Below, piece after piece: positions 14,956 through 28,145 of a DNA stretch of 64,000 bases. Below the pieces are notes generated by a model that saw only the letters and a program-made list of their open reading frames with translations, had not been told where the DNA came from and did not search any database. Within the stretch, counting starts at the first letter, position 1; each line of letters begins with the position of its first letter. Origin of the DNA: Octopus vulgaris (lineage: Eukaryota); the NCBI GenBank assembly GCA_951406725.2, contig OX597830.1:64418001-64482000 (forward strand), given 5' to 3'. Both the position numbers and the translations under genes were made by a program.

Positions 14956-15053
<98 letters not shown>

Positions 15054-15242
15054 TAATAATAATAACAACATCGAAAAATAACTTAGGAATGAGAACCCAG
15101 GTTCGAAATTTCTCCAAGACACCTGATGAAAGCTGGAGGGTATATCAACCGAAATGTTGTGTTAACAACAAACAAGATGAGGACAGATATCCGTCAAATG
15201 TAAATAATGTACATAATTCCTCATCTCTTTAATATAGAACTG
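14648..15242. mobile_element. Head-to-head fold-back element; each arm is a tRNA-like head + (AAT)n + hammerhead-bearing Penelope-type tail
   Basis: 14648-14888 is the reverse complement of 14891-15211 apart from (AAT)n length and point changes; centre GCCC-GT-GGGC. A-box-like TAGTGGTTAAGG, B-box-like GAGTTCGATT, and hammerhead cores at 14697-14740 (-) and 15119-15162 (+). Confidence 0.85.
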
Positions 15243-15472
15243 GATTGAGAGATATAGTCGTGGATCATGACAGTGGACGGTTACTCCACTCCAAAATTCC
15301 AACCCGAACCACAAAAGCTTGTAGCGGACAACTGCAGAAGAATTTGATCTAAGATTTAAATACTTTGTGTAGAGTTCAACTATTTACGTTCTCATCCTTG
15401 TAGACATTTCTCGTTTGGAAAAAAATACATAGTTAGGAACTAATGGTCAAATACGAAAATGATTTCGTATTA

Positions 15473-15855
15473 TCTCTCTCTATATAAACGGCAGTTTGTC
15501 TGTGTGTGTGTCTGTGTGTCTGTTAGGTTGTACCCTCACCCTGACCACCGCTTTCAACCGATTCTGATGAAACTTGATACACACATAGCCCAATGTCATA
15601 ATTCAAAGCTAACGCAGCGAAAATTTTGAAAAGTTCCCCCAGTTCTGAAAAAAATCGATAAATTCGACATGGGGTCGAGAATCAGAAACACAAACCACAG
15701 ACTGTCTAGGGGACGCAACTCGACCTTTTAACTCTCAAAAAAAATTTACCATCATTTTTTTCCCATTTTTTTGCTATTTTTTTGCAATAACTTTCTAAAA
15801 ATGCTTTATAGTTATTTCCCTTACAAACCCGAGCAACGCCGGGTGATACTGCTAG
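15473..15855 (+). mobile_element. Non-autonomous Helitron
   Basis: 5' A|TC(TC)nTATATAA, internal GTCT/GTGT microsatellite, accgattctgatgaaacttg motif, 3' hairpin ACCCG-agcaacgc-CGGGT shortly before the terminal CTAG|T; no TSD. Confidence 0.85.
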
Positions 15856-16356
15856 TTGGAGATAAAAGATATGATAAAATAAGCACTAAGACCAGCGTTA
15901 GGACTCAGTCCAGTCTGTGTTATATTTGACAATATACATATGCATGCCTCAAAAAATCATTTATACGTGCATAAAATGTATAAGTATGCGCATGCGTATA
16001 GCTCACATATGTGTAAAAATGCTTTAAAAATATATATTTATGTATAAAAAAAACCAGTATTCACATGCATAAGAAAGTTGAACAAAACTTCCATTTTGTA
16101 TTAACAGCGATCGTAGAAGCCAAATCATGCCAAACAGGAGTTGGAAAATGGTAAAAGGCAAAAACGAAAGGTGGGTAAAAAGATGAAGAGAGAGAGAGAG
16201 ATAGAGGTAGGGAGAGAGAGAGAGGGTGTTGAAATGAAATATAGAGAGTAGGAGTAATGGGTAAGAGTGAAGGAGAAGACGGGTTAGTATTCTTATGATT
16301 GTGCAAAAGGTGATTGGCATACAAAAAATAAAAAGGTGGAGCCCTGATCAATGAAG

Positions 16357-16397
<41 letters not shown>

Positions 16398-16457
16398 AAT
16401 ACATAATACACACATAGATACACATAATACATATACATACATACATATATAAATATG

Positions 16458-16672
<215 letters not shown>

Positions 16673-16775
16673 ATATTATATATATATATATATTATATAT
16701 ATATATGTATTACGTAAATATATGTGTGTGTGTATTATATATTGTATATATATATATATATATGTATTATGTATT

Positions 16776-16816
<41 letters not shown>

Positions 16817-17282
16817 TAAATCCGTAAATAACGCTTGCCAAAACTAGAACCAAAACAAAAAAAAAAAAGCCAAAAATAAATGAGAGGATATCTTAAAAAG
16901 CTGAAGGCAACCTGTAGCTTCGTACGACTGATTGATGAGTAAATATTCGTAAACCGACTGTATCTGAATTCAATAAGTATATTTGGAGAAATCAAATCAA
17001 AGCAGAAGTTAAGCATTTTCATTTGCATGACTGGAAAATATTCTTGCACAATAATATTTCGGTTTCTACTCATATTGTGCTCCGTCCACCTAAACGGACC
17101 TATCTCATTATATGTTTATTTATGCACATATGATTATGTATGTCCGGGACTGCTATAAAAGAGGAAGACGTCATGTGTCTTGCTCTTTTACTGTAGGTCC
17201 GGACTGACTAATACCTTGTGAGTGGATTTGGTAGACGGAAGACCGTTATATACTTACTTGTGTATGTGTGCGTGTGTGTGTG

Positions 17283-17343
<61 letters not shown>

Positions 17344-17529
17344 TCTATTCATTGTTAGCTTGTCCCCTCTCAACCGTTGGTTTATTTACGTCCGCGTAAC
17401 ATAGTGGTTCGACAGAAGTAAGCGTTAGAATTATCAGATTTAAAACAATAAGTATTAGAATCGATTCTTTCGATTACTAAACCCTTCAAGACGGTGCACC
17501 AGCATGGCCGAAGTCCATATATATATACG

Positions 17530-17595
<66 letters not shown>

Positions 17596-17947
17596 CGTTT
17601 TTCAGCATGTAAAATTTTCGACCAAGAAATCTGCCTGGACACACAACCGTCTTAAAGAAAAACTGTCGTCCATCTTCGTTAGTAATCGATCACACAATTT
17701 TGCTTTGAGCCGCCAGCGATGGAGACCGCTGGCGGACTTGGTCGGCTGTATGCACAGTGATGTATCAGGGACCACTAGCCTGAGATGACCGCAGCCTCAT
17801 CAAGGAAAAGCATAAAGCAGCTGCGTACTCTGAGAACCAAAGGAATTAATATCTAATTACTAATCTATCAATGATTATTTTATGTTGTTCTATATCATGC
17901 ATTGAGTCATCTATCGTTTGCACGAATAAACATGGATATAAGTATGC

Positions 17948-17979
<32 letters not shown>

Positions 17980-18137
17980 ATGTATTTGCAGGGGTACCTA
18001 TATGCGTAAGTATGTATAAACCGCGCAAAAAGTGGGTCATTCTGTATATAAAACTAAAGAAACGAAACAAGGTAAAGTAAATATTTCTGTTTCCCCATCT
18101 GTCTGGTTTCTTTTTCTTCCATGTATGTGTGTATGTA

Positions 18138-18172
<35 letters not shown>

Positions 18173-18329
18173 GTGTGTGTGTATGTATGTGTGTGTGTGT
18201 ATGTACGTATATGCTTATATATGCATATATATACATACATACATATATATACATATATATATACATATATACATATATACATGTATATATATACATATAT
18301 ACTCACACACACATATATATATGTATATA

Positions 18330-18560
<231 letters not shown>

Positions 18561-18670
18561 ATACTTTTTCGAATTTGTGTGAATGTGTATAGAATAATAT
18601 ATATGTTGAATAAAGTTAAAACATATTCTAGTTTGCACGTTTTGTAAAATTTTTGTTATGGTATTTCAAC

Positions 18671-18710
18671 AAAATTATCGCTTTCATACGTAGTGTATTC
18701 ATCAGATTTC
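18671..18710 (-). ncRNA. Minimal type I hammerhead ribozyme, near-intact
   Basis: Minus strand reads AAAT-CTGATGA-ATAC-actac-GTAT-GAAA-GCGA-TA-ATTT. Stem III is one substitution away from the palindrome AGCGCT. Confidence 0.7.
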
Positions 18711-19095
18711 AAATGTGTCAATTGAGTTCTTGACAACTTTAGCATCTCAAGGAAAGCTCCAACCAGCTGAATATTTTGAATACCTTTTTGACCAATCCGC
18801 ATGCTCTTAAACATCACGGTTTCCTAGGCGTATCGATATTCTGTAACTTCTTTTATATATCTTAATCCACATCATTGACTGGTCGTTATATAATCGATGC
18901 TATTTCCGTTCAGAACAGGTTTGAACATTTTAATACACCATTTTTTTATAACGTGCAAACCAGACTATGTTTTAACTTTATTCAACTTATATAAACTTAG
19001 ATAAACTTAGATATGTTTCGACCAAAGATTGGTCCAGGCCATGTCTAACTTAATAGCACCACCTGATAGGATTATTCGAATCCTGTTTAAGTCAA

Positions 19096-19148
<53 letters not shown>

Positions 19149-19313
19149 GTATATATGTATGTATAGATGAGTGTGTGTGTATGTGTGCGTGCGTGTATGT
19201 GTGTTTATCTGTCTACGTGTTAGCCTCCTTTTCGACCGTCATAGTTGTAAGCGGGTAAGGTAGCAAGAGGTAGTCGCTGTTCTCTGGCAATAAATATATC
19301 TTTGAAAACTCAC

Positions 19314-19880
19314 CCTCACAAGTTTTGAATACCAAAATATCTTTTATCGAATCCAATGCATCAAAGACATCGACACGAAAGACGAAGTTTATATCCGGGT
19401 CACTGGCGATTTGCTTCAATTCTTTGTAATCAGCGTCCTTTCCGATACCTATAGCGAACACATAGATACCTGCCTGGTGAGTGAGACGAGATTCTCGAAC
19501 CGTATTGTTGTAATCTCTGGACTGGCCGTCGGTCAAAACGACCATAATTTGGGCCACTCCTTTACGTGCCAGTGGTCCCTGGAAACCGTTCTCTCTCACA
19601 TATTTAATGGCCTTAGCCGTATCTGTCTCTCCACCAGTCAAATAGATTTCCGGCCGAGAAAGGATCTCGTTCACTTTGCTTTTATTATAGGAACCAAGAC
19701 TCATTACTGGTTGTACCTTGTCGCTGAAGGTAACCAAACCGATCTTCGCGTTACTGTTTTCTGTATTGAAAAGATCCATTACATGTTCCACAAACGATAG
19801 TTCTTTCTTAAAATCAGGTTGCCATATACTACTGGAAGAATCTAGTAGAAAGTATACGTCAGCTGGCTTGCCTCCACACT
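19314..19880 (-). CDS. Internal exon encoding vWA domain 2 of the same gene (or a tandem paralog)
   Basis: Acceptor ttattactAG|AG TGT GGA and donor TGT GAG G|GTGAGT; 567 nt, phase 1-1. ECGGKPADVYFLLDSSSSIW...GGETDTAKAI...IMVVLTDGQSRD...GIYVFAIGIG...ELKQIASDP...KTCE has an intact MIDAS and flanking cysteines. Confidence 0.95.
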
Positions 19881-20310
19881 CTAGTAATAATAAAAATAAA
19901 AAAAAAATACAAGTGAAAGTACAAAGTTTATTTTCTTTAGTATTAGAGAGTAAGTAACAAAGGGGGGTAATTAAGGAAGGGATGTTCTGTTGTCGAAAGA
20001 TGGGGGAATATACTATTCTTTCTTTCATATATGTGAGTACTGAGAGAAGTAGCATATAATGGCCTTCCCAGCTCGAATGCATGGATTCATAAATATCTCT
20101 GTAGCAGATTTTGACTCAGGATCTTCTAAGTAGGTAGTCTTTTTTGAGAAAGATACCCAAAGTGCTTTCCATTTATCGTAAGCTCAGAGCTCAACATATT
20201 ACCGTCTCCTGTGATCATTGGTTAACGACAATACTTTAAAAAATCAAGACACTACGGTGAATATACCGTCGTCATCTTATGGCAACGGGATGAGTTGTCT
20301 TTAGAACAGC

Positions 20311-20354
<44 letters not shown>

Positions 20355-20715
20355 TATATATATATATATACGATCGTTTTTATGTTCAGTTATAATGAAA
20401 ACAGTTTTACATTAATCTGATTGGTCACTCTATACTTTTGTCGAGTACAAATTTATTGTTCTTAAACAAGAATGTTGTTGACAGTGACTTCGAGGTTTCG
20501 GTCAGTTAAGCCATCTTGGGATTGCGATGCACTGAAGGTAATCTTGGTTTTATATTATCTCCGTTCAGTTAAAATCTTCCTCAGATGTGTGCGTTTGGGT
20601 GGAGCGATAATTAGGTTTTAGAGTGGGTCGTTTATATATATATATATATATATATATAATCAACCATTTATTTGAGATCGAAAAGGAAGTCCATCCATGA
20701 GAACGATGAACATTG

Positions 20716-20787
<72 letters not shown>

Positions 20788-21466
20788 GCGTGTTGTCTCT
20801 ACATTATTAATGTGAAGCGAGGGTGAAGCCAAGTTAAGTTTCTAAATTGGTGTCGGTGAGTACATGAGAAATACAAATGGAAAAAGAAGTGACATTTTAG
20901 TGAGTCTAAGATGAAGTAGCTACGGGTACAATGGTTTAATTTATTAGAGTAGAGAGGTCACACAGAAAGGATTTTGAAGCGCCCGGTGCACTAACAATTA
21001 ATTTGTTTAAAGAAGTGACATGATATGATAGAAGCGTTAGAGTGAGAAGTGGTCGTGGTTACCCTATGACGTAACCTTAGCAAGTAAAAGTTACTAGTTT
21101 TTATAAAGGTTGTTAGAGAGGTAGGATCGGTTTGGACAAAAAAGGGAGAGGGAACTTGAGGAAAAATTTCGGGGATGTTGTAAATTCAAAGGTCAGAAGA
21201 AAAATAGAGGAAATGTGACTTTTGTTTTACACATAGGATCTTTTAAAGTACTTTTTTTTGGTGCCTTTTGTCTTTTTTTTTTTAACGTTCCGGATATATT
21301 ATCTCTGTATCTTCTTTACACATATATAGACATCGGAATAGATGCAGCGACGTCAAAACACACACATACACACACACACACTCACAGTCACAGACCGACA
21401 TGCATATACGGATGTATGAATGCATACTTGCATGCACAGGGCCACACACTCATACACACAAACATT

Positions 21467-21530
<64 letters not shown>

Positions 21531-22959
21531 TATTTAAGGACTATACTGCTGTTAGCATCCATACTGTGGTTTCACACGAAAGTGAGTGACTATAATATCG
21601 ACCAGGTGGGAAAGAGAAGTAATTGTCTGACGAGCGCCATATACAGGTCACAGACAAAAAACCATGGCATGAGTTTCATGAAACCACGAAACCATTGTAC
21701 GAGTTCAACAGATCAGTTACTAAATATTGATAAACATGTACCCGGCTCTGTATTAGTCCCTGCGAATGTAATACAATCACTTAAACACTTATGCATTAAA
21801 CACGTACACATACACACATATAAACTCGCGCATGCGTATGTATGAGACATACGTAAAAATATGCATCAACACCGATATGTAACGCCAGGTAACCGAAATG
21901 CACAAAGGGCAACATTTCTCTTCTTTCACCTGCGTTTATGTTTACCATCTTTTTACGGTTTATAAATTAAGAAGAACATAAATGTCTGTTTAAAAAAAAA
22001 CACACGAAAATGTTAATAGAACATAACCTACACGTGTTTACAGAACACGCCTGTTAAAAGAACATACATACGCGAGTTAACAGAACGCATCTATATGTGT
22101 TAACCAAACATACATGTGTTAACAAGGCACGCACGTGTGTTAAAAGAAACCACATGTGTAGGCACGCACGTGTGTTAAAAGAAACCACATGTGTAAATTA
22201 ACGGAATAGAAACACTCATGTGTTAGTATGAGAAACATAGATGCGTTAACGGAACACAGATACCTGAGTTGATTAAAAAATATACAAACGTTAGTCAGTG
22301 GACAACCCATATATAGTACATATATAAAAGTTGACAGAACATACATACGTGCACATAAACACAAATACAAACACATACATAGAAATAGACGGTACAAAAA
22401 TAGAATTAATAAATGCAAGATGAAAAAGAAAACATAATCAAGCAAATAAATAATCTTTATGCACATACATAAATATAGCAACGACCGTCATATATCAAAG
22501 ATGTACATCAATATATCTTAATGAAGATCAACACGTGTCATTTAAATAAAGAAAACACTGTTATAGCTAGACAAAATATAACAAATAAATGAATAAATAA
22601 ATAGATAAAATATACGGATATGACAATAGCTCCCAAAAGGAATGACAAAGCAAGGCTGGAATTATAGAATTAAAAGAAGATGGAAGGCGGGAAGGTTTTA
22701 TTCAAGGCATGCTGTTAATATATATGATTAAATCTTTTGGCAGTAAGAGTAATCCAGAGAAGGTGGAGATACGTGGTATTTCCTGGTTGGCCCCAGGAGG
22801 TTAAACGCCCACCTCCCCCTATTGTGAGAAGTTTGTCATTCAGAAATCCTGCTCGTTTTTATTTTGTTGTTTTTCATGGCTTTTTGTTTCCCCCATATTC
22901 TATTCTGTAATCACCCTCGCCATATTTGAAATTTGTATTTGTAATAACTAATAAAAATT

Positions 22960-24495
22960 GCTTCCAGTTAAGGCACATGGTCAGAAGGGAGGATGTCAGC
23001 CGATTACATCGGGTCTCCAGTACACAGCAGGTACTTATTTTATCGACTCTGAAGAATGAAAAGCAAAGTTGTCCCCCGCGAAATTTGAACTGAGTTGGTA
23101 AAAAAGCAGAAAAAAAAAAGCCGTTAAGCATATTTATTTGACGTGCTGACAATTCTATCAGTTCGCGGCCTGAATAATAATTCTTTCTATAGGGTGTTCA
23201 AGAAGTCTCTCCGCAGTAAGTATTTCATTGCAAAATATATTAGACTTTACAAGGCTTTAAAAGACTTTATAAGAGGTGTTGAAAGTGTCGTCTTTCATTT
23301 TCAATACATAAGTTGACTCTTCTAAAAAAAAAGTTGACTCTTCTAAAATACATAAGTTGATTCTTCTAAAACAATGTTGACTCTTCTAAAAAAAAAGTTG
23401 ACTCTTCTAAAATACATAAGTTGATTCTTCTAAAACAATGTTGACTCTTCTAAAATACCTAAGTTGACTCTTATGAAAAAAGTTGACGCTTCTAAAACAC
23501 ATAAGTTGATTCTTCCAAAAATAAGTTGACTCTTCTAAAATACATAAGTTGACTCTTCTAAAAAGAAGTTGACTCTTCAAAAAAAAAATTGACTCTTCTA
23601 AAATACATAAATTGATTCTTCTAAACAAAGTTGACTCTTCTAAAAAAATTCACTGTGAAGAGACTTTTTGAACACCCTATACTATTCGTACAAAGCCTGA
23701 AATATTGGGGGAGGGGCAGGGCTAGTCAAGTGCATCCACTCCAATTTTTGACTGGTACTTGTTTTATCGACCCCAAAAAGATGAAAGGTAAAGTCGATCT
23801 CGAAGGAAATTTGAACTCGCAAGAAACGCCGCTAAGCAGTTTGTCCGGCATGTTAACGGTTCTGCCAGCTCGCTGCCTTTTTGCTATGATGAGTTCAAAG
23901 TTTGGCAAAAGGCCTGAAATGTTGGGGGAGGAGGTAAGTCTAAGTCGATGACATCGACCTCAGTATGCAACTGGTACTTATTTAATCGAACCGAAAGGAT
24001 AAACGGTCAGAATTTGAACTCAGAACATAAAGGCAGACGAAAAGCCGCTAAGCCAGGTACGCTAACGATTTTGCCAGCTCACCACCTTAACTCTTTGAGC
24101 TCGTTACGCCAGTTTACCGGTGGATGGCTGACTTTTCTCTATATCGTAGCACTATTCTACCGGTGGAGTGCATCTGCACTAAAGTACGACGATTTATTTT
24201 TATCCAATCAGAATGCTGTGATTGATACTAAGCCAATTTTCAGCTTATTTTGCTCAGGAAGGAGCAAAGGTTCAGGAGGTCAGGGCTTGAGGGGTTAATG
24301 GTAATATTGATTTCAAAATTTTGGCACAAAACAGCAATTTTGGCCGGAGAGGTAAGTAGATTACATCGACCAAGAACTCAACTTATTTTGTCGACCCCGA
24401 AAGGATGAATGGCAATTTCAACTCAGAATGCAAATAGCCGGAAGAAACACCGCTAAATATTTTGTCCGGCGTGCTAACAGTTCTGCCAGCTCTTA
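22960..24495 (-). mobile_element. Cluster of about 4 diverged family A SINE copies (minus), interrupted by the mariner-type MITE
   Basis: Recurrent ggtacttattttatcgacccc-gaaaggatgaa..aatttgaactc..ctgccagctc at about 23000-23170, 23730-23880, 23930-24085 and 24340-24495. Confidence 0.8.
23190..23679. mobile_element. Tc1/mariner-type MITE with an internal 18-23 bp minisatellite
   Basis: TA|TAGGGTGTTCAAGAAGTCTCTCCGCAGT ... ACTGTGAAGAGACTTTTTGAACACCCTA|TA (about 28-bp imperfect TIR, TA TSD); repeated AAGTTGACTCTTCTAAAA at 23308-23645. Confidence 0.85.
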
Positions 24496-24816
24496 GACTT
24501 AATAATAATGATGATGATGATGATGATAATTATGGTGCGTGTTGTTTAGAAGAACAGAAGGAGACAATAGCCTGAGTTCATTGGAGACCATATGAGAAGA
24601 AGAAAACAAAGCCTTGTGCACTTGGTGACTATCTGGGAATATGTAAAGAAGAAACGAGGGAAGGCAGAGTGAGAAAATACTCGATGGCCTTATCAGGTGG
24701 TTTCAACAGAAAGTGACCCAGTAACGTATTTAGTTGTGTGGTTGTGTGGTTGGGTTGCGACAATGGGGAAGTGGGGACTGTAATCGCCAATGCCTGAAGG
24801 TATGACACCACATGAA

Positions 24817-24857
<41 letters not shown>

Positions 24858-24954
24858 TGAAAAACAAAGAAAATGAAGAAACTGACGTATAGACATCAGT
24901 TTATTCAAAAGATATTCCAAACATCCCTTAAAGGATTATAGGTCCTTGGCTTGG

Positions 24955-25055
<101 letters not shown>

Positions 25056-25061
25056 CATATA

Positions 25062-25470
25062 GGCGCAGGAGTGGCTGTGTGGTAAGTAGCTTGTTTACCA
25101 ACCACATGGTTCCGAGTTCAGTCCACTGCGTGGCACCTTGGGCAAGTGTCTTCTACTATAGCCTCGGGCCGACCAAAGCTTTGTGAGTGGATTTGGTAGA
25201 CGGAAACTGAAAGAAGCCTGTCGTATATATGTATATATATAAATGCGTGTGTGTGTTTGTGTGTCTGTGTTTGTCCCCCTAGCATTGCTTGACAACCGAT
25301 GCTGGTGTGTTTATGTCCCCGTTACTTAGCGGTTCGGCAAAAGAGACCGATAAGAATAAGTACTGGGCTTACAAAAAAGAATAAGTCCCGGGGTCGAGTT
25401 GCTCGATTAAAGGCGGTGCTCCAGCATGGCTGCAGTCAAATGACTGAAACAAGTAAAAGAGTAAAGAGTA
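25062..25470 (+). mobile_element. tRNA-derived SINE family B (CORE-like central domain), full-length copy
   Basis: Head GGCGCAGGAGTGGCTGTGTGGTAAG..GAGTTCAGTCC, CORE-like ACCTTGGGCAAGT, internal TA/TG microsatellite and tail GGTGCTCCAGCATGGC..GACTGAAACAAGTAAAAGAGTA. Other copies at about 4300-4565(-), 6247-6510(+), 7615-7760(+), 17190-17515(+), 42598-42930(+) and 53990-54125(-). Confidence 0.85.
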
Positions 25471-26155
25471 TATAGACACACACTCTTACACGTATATGCT
25501 ACCATGTATTTCGTTATGTTTGATATCAAGTACCGTCAGCCATGCCAACCCGAGATGCACGCTGATTAACGTGACCGCTTGGCATGCGTTCCATGAGTAT
25601 CCGATTAATGCCGATTTGTGAAGTTTGTCGCATGTAGAACGAATTTTGTCATCGACCAGGCCTAAGCTGAAGATCACCCCGTGGTAATTTTTTCTCTGTC
25701 TATTGGCTATTGGCTCTGTCTTATTGGCTATTGTTTTAAATGCTGCGTGGTGCACACGACTTGATAATCTCTTGGCATACACACCTTCCTATTTAGTTAA
25801 GCCATCATCGACGTGTTCACGATCCACTCGTAAAGAAAATTAAGGTGGAAATCGAGGTGTAGTACTGAAAGGTGGGTCAAAGTAGGGAGCACAGCCCGAG
25901 TAAATGGGCCTTCAGGAAATACAGCTGGGACAGAATATCTGCTTTTAGGAATTACGGATGTGTAATGATCCTTAGACGGTCCTTGGTGCCCCTCCCGATA
26001 TCATGGCCCTTTCCCCTGTTGTCATTCCATTATCAGTTGCTGTTGTTTCATTTACTTTACCCATTGTGGATCCCAACCACTGTTTCGTATTTTATTTAAA
26101 TACTGTTTATGAAGTCTTGGACTTTTACGGCACCATAAAAGAAAGATTATTATTA

Positions 26156-26211
<56 letters not shown>

Positions 26212-26212
26212 G

Positions 26213-27290
26213 GGCAGTTCTGAGTTCAAATTCAGCCGAGGTATTCTTCGCCTTTCATCCTTTCAAGGTCGATAACATAAGTACCAGCTGAGTACAGAGG
26301 TCGATGTAATCGACTTAACCCCCCTCCCCCACCACAAGAACTTTGAAACTATTATTATAAGGATGGTCTATTTGCAGAATCGCTGGAGCGTCGAACAAAA
26401 TGTTTTATGATATTTCCTTCTCTTTATGTTCTTAATTCCAGTATAGCAGAGGTCAGCTTTCCCCTTTCATCCTTTTGAGGTCGATAAAATAAAGTATTAA
26501 CAAGTACTGAGGGTCAATGTAATCAATCAGTCCCTTCCTTTAAAATTTTTGTTGGACTTGGGCATAAATTTGAGACCATTATAACACGACTAACTGGCAG
26601 AATCGTTAATATGCCGGACAAAATGCTTAGCGGTATTTTTTCCCAACTCATTAGGTTCTGAGTACAAATTCCTCTGAGATTAACTTGGCCTTTCCTCCTT
26701 TCGGGGTCGATACATTAAGTACCAGTAAAATACTGGGGTCGATTTAATCGACTAGTCCCCTCCCCACAAAATTTGAGTCCTTGTGCTTATAGTAGAAAGG
26801 ATTATTATTATTATCTTTGAGGCGGCAAGCTGGCAGAAACGTTAGCACGCCGGGCAAAATGCTTAGCGGTATTTCGTCCGCCTTTACGTTCTGAGTTCAA
26901 ATTTAGCCAAAGTCAACTTTGCTTTTTATTTTTTCGGGGTCAATTAAATAAGTTCCAACTACGCACTGGGGTGATCGTAATCGACTTAATCCCCTTCCCC
27001 AAGTTGCCATTCTGGCAAAAAATTCAAATCATCATCATCATCATCATTATTATTAGTATTATTATTATTATTTAGTCGGCGAGCTGACAATAGTTAATCA
27101 CGCTGGACGAAATGCATAGCGGCATTTCGTCCGTCATTACGCTCTGAGTTCAAATTCCGCCGAGGTCGACTTTGCCTTTTATCCTTTCGGTTTCGATAAA
27201 CTAAGTACCATTTACGCATTGATGTCGATGTAATCGACTCATCCCCTTCCCTCAAAATTGTTGCTCTTGAGGTAAAACTTGAAACCATTA
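26213..27290 (+). mobile_element. Tandem array of 5 family A SINE copies (plus), mostly separated by short (ATT)n
   Basis: Units start at about 26213, 26370, 26590, 26820 and 27076; each has ttctgagttcaaatt..cctttcatcctttcggggtcgata..agtaccag. Confidence 0.85.
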
Positions 27291-27807
27291 TTATTATTAT
27301 TGTAATTAGCATGTGTACAAAACCCAGGTCTTTGCGATTCTCCTTCATATTTCTTGTAAGGAATGGCGTGTTTATACATAATTTCATTGCTAAAGAAAAC
27401 AGAGTCAAAAACACAGAAAGCTGCAGTCTTGGCATTCATTTGTGCTACATTATAGTTAATTATCTCCAAGCCATTCTTTAGCTGTAATTAAGATTTGCTG
27501 ATTAAAAGCAAACGAACAAACAAACAAAAAAAAAGGAAGAAAATGAAACTGAAAATAAAAAATAAAAAATAAAACAGAAAAGTAAAAAAAAAAAAAAGCA
27601 ACAATGCAAAACAAACAGACAAAAAAATAAAGCAACAATAAAAAAAAAAAAATGAAGATTATTTTCTGCTGCAAATATGAAAAGGAAGCTGCAAATGAGA
27701 GCAGCCGACCGTTTCAACGAACCGACAAACCAGACAACCGACCGGTCGAGTTACTAGCTAAACAACGGAAGTTATCTCCCCCTCTTCACCTTTGTGTACG
27801 TCTGTAT

Positions 27808-27871
<64 letters not shown>

Positions 27872-28027
27872 GCATGTATGTATATATATATGCACATACA
27901 TACATATATACACTCATGGCCTACAAGCAGGCAAAATATAACACTGCGTAAAAATAAGTACGAATTCCGTTTGAAACTATGATGATTGCACGAAAATAGT
28001 CAGCAATAACATCTAGCATGTACTAGC

Positions 28028-28118
<91 letters not shown>

Positions 28119-28145
28119 TAATAATAATAATAAATAATAATAATA

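Noticed and set aside
14891-14960. Functional tRNA gene (also the heads at 9300-9378, 32445-32510 and 41751-41825)
   Set aside because: Acceptor and anticodon stems do not pair properly; three of the four continue into a recognisable repeat body, so they are best read as tRNA-derived heads.
15582-15600. CTGATGAAAC-like motif inside the Helitron (actual motif at about 15564-15573)
   Set aside because: It is the common Helitron internal motif and has no stem II.
19881-20082. N-terminal extension of the vWA2 ORF with a hydrophobic stretch
   Set aside because: It is intron polypyrimidine tract upstream of the AG acceptor, not a signal peptide.
22915-22947. Possible 33-nt phase 1-1 micro-exon (VITNTNFKYGE)
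   Set aside because: The donor (GTGATT) is weak and there is no independent support; expected by chance.
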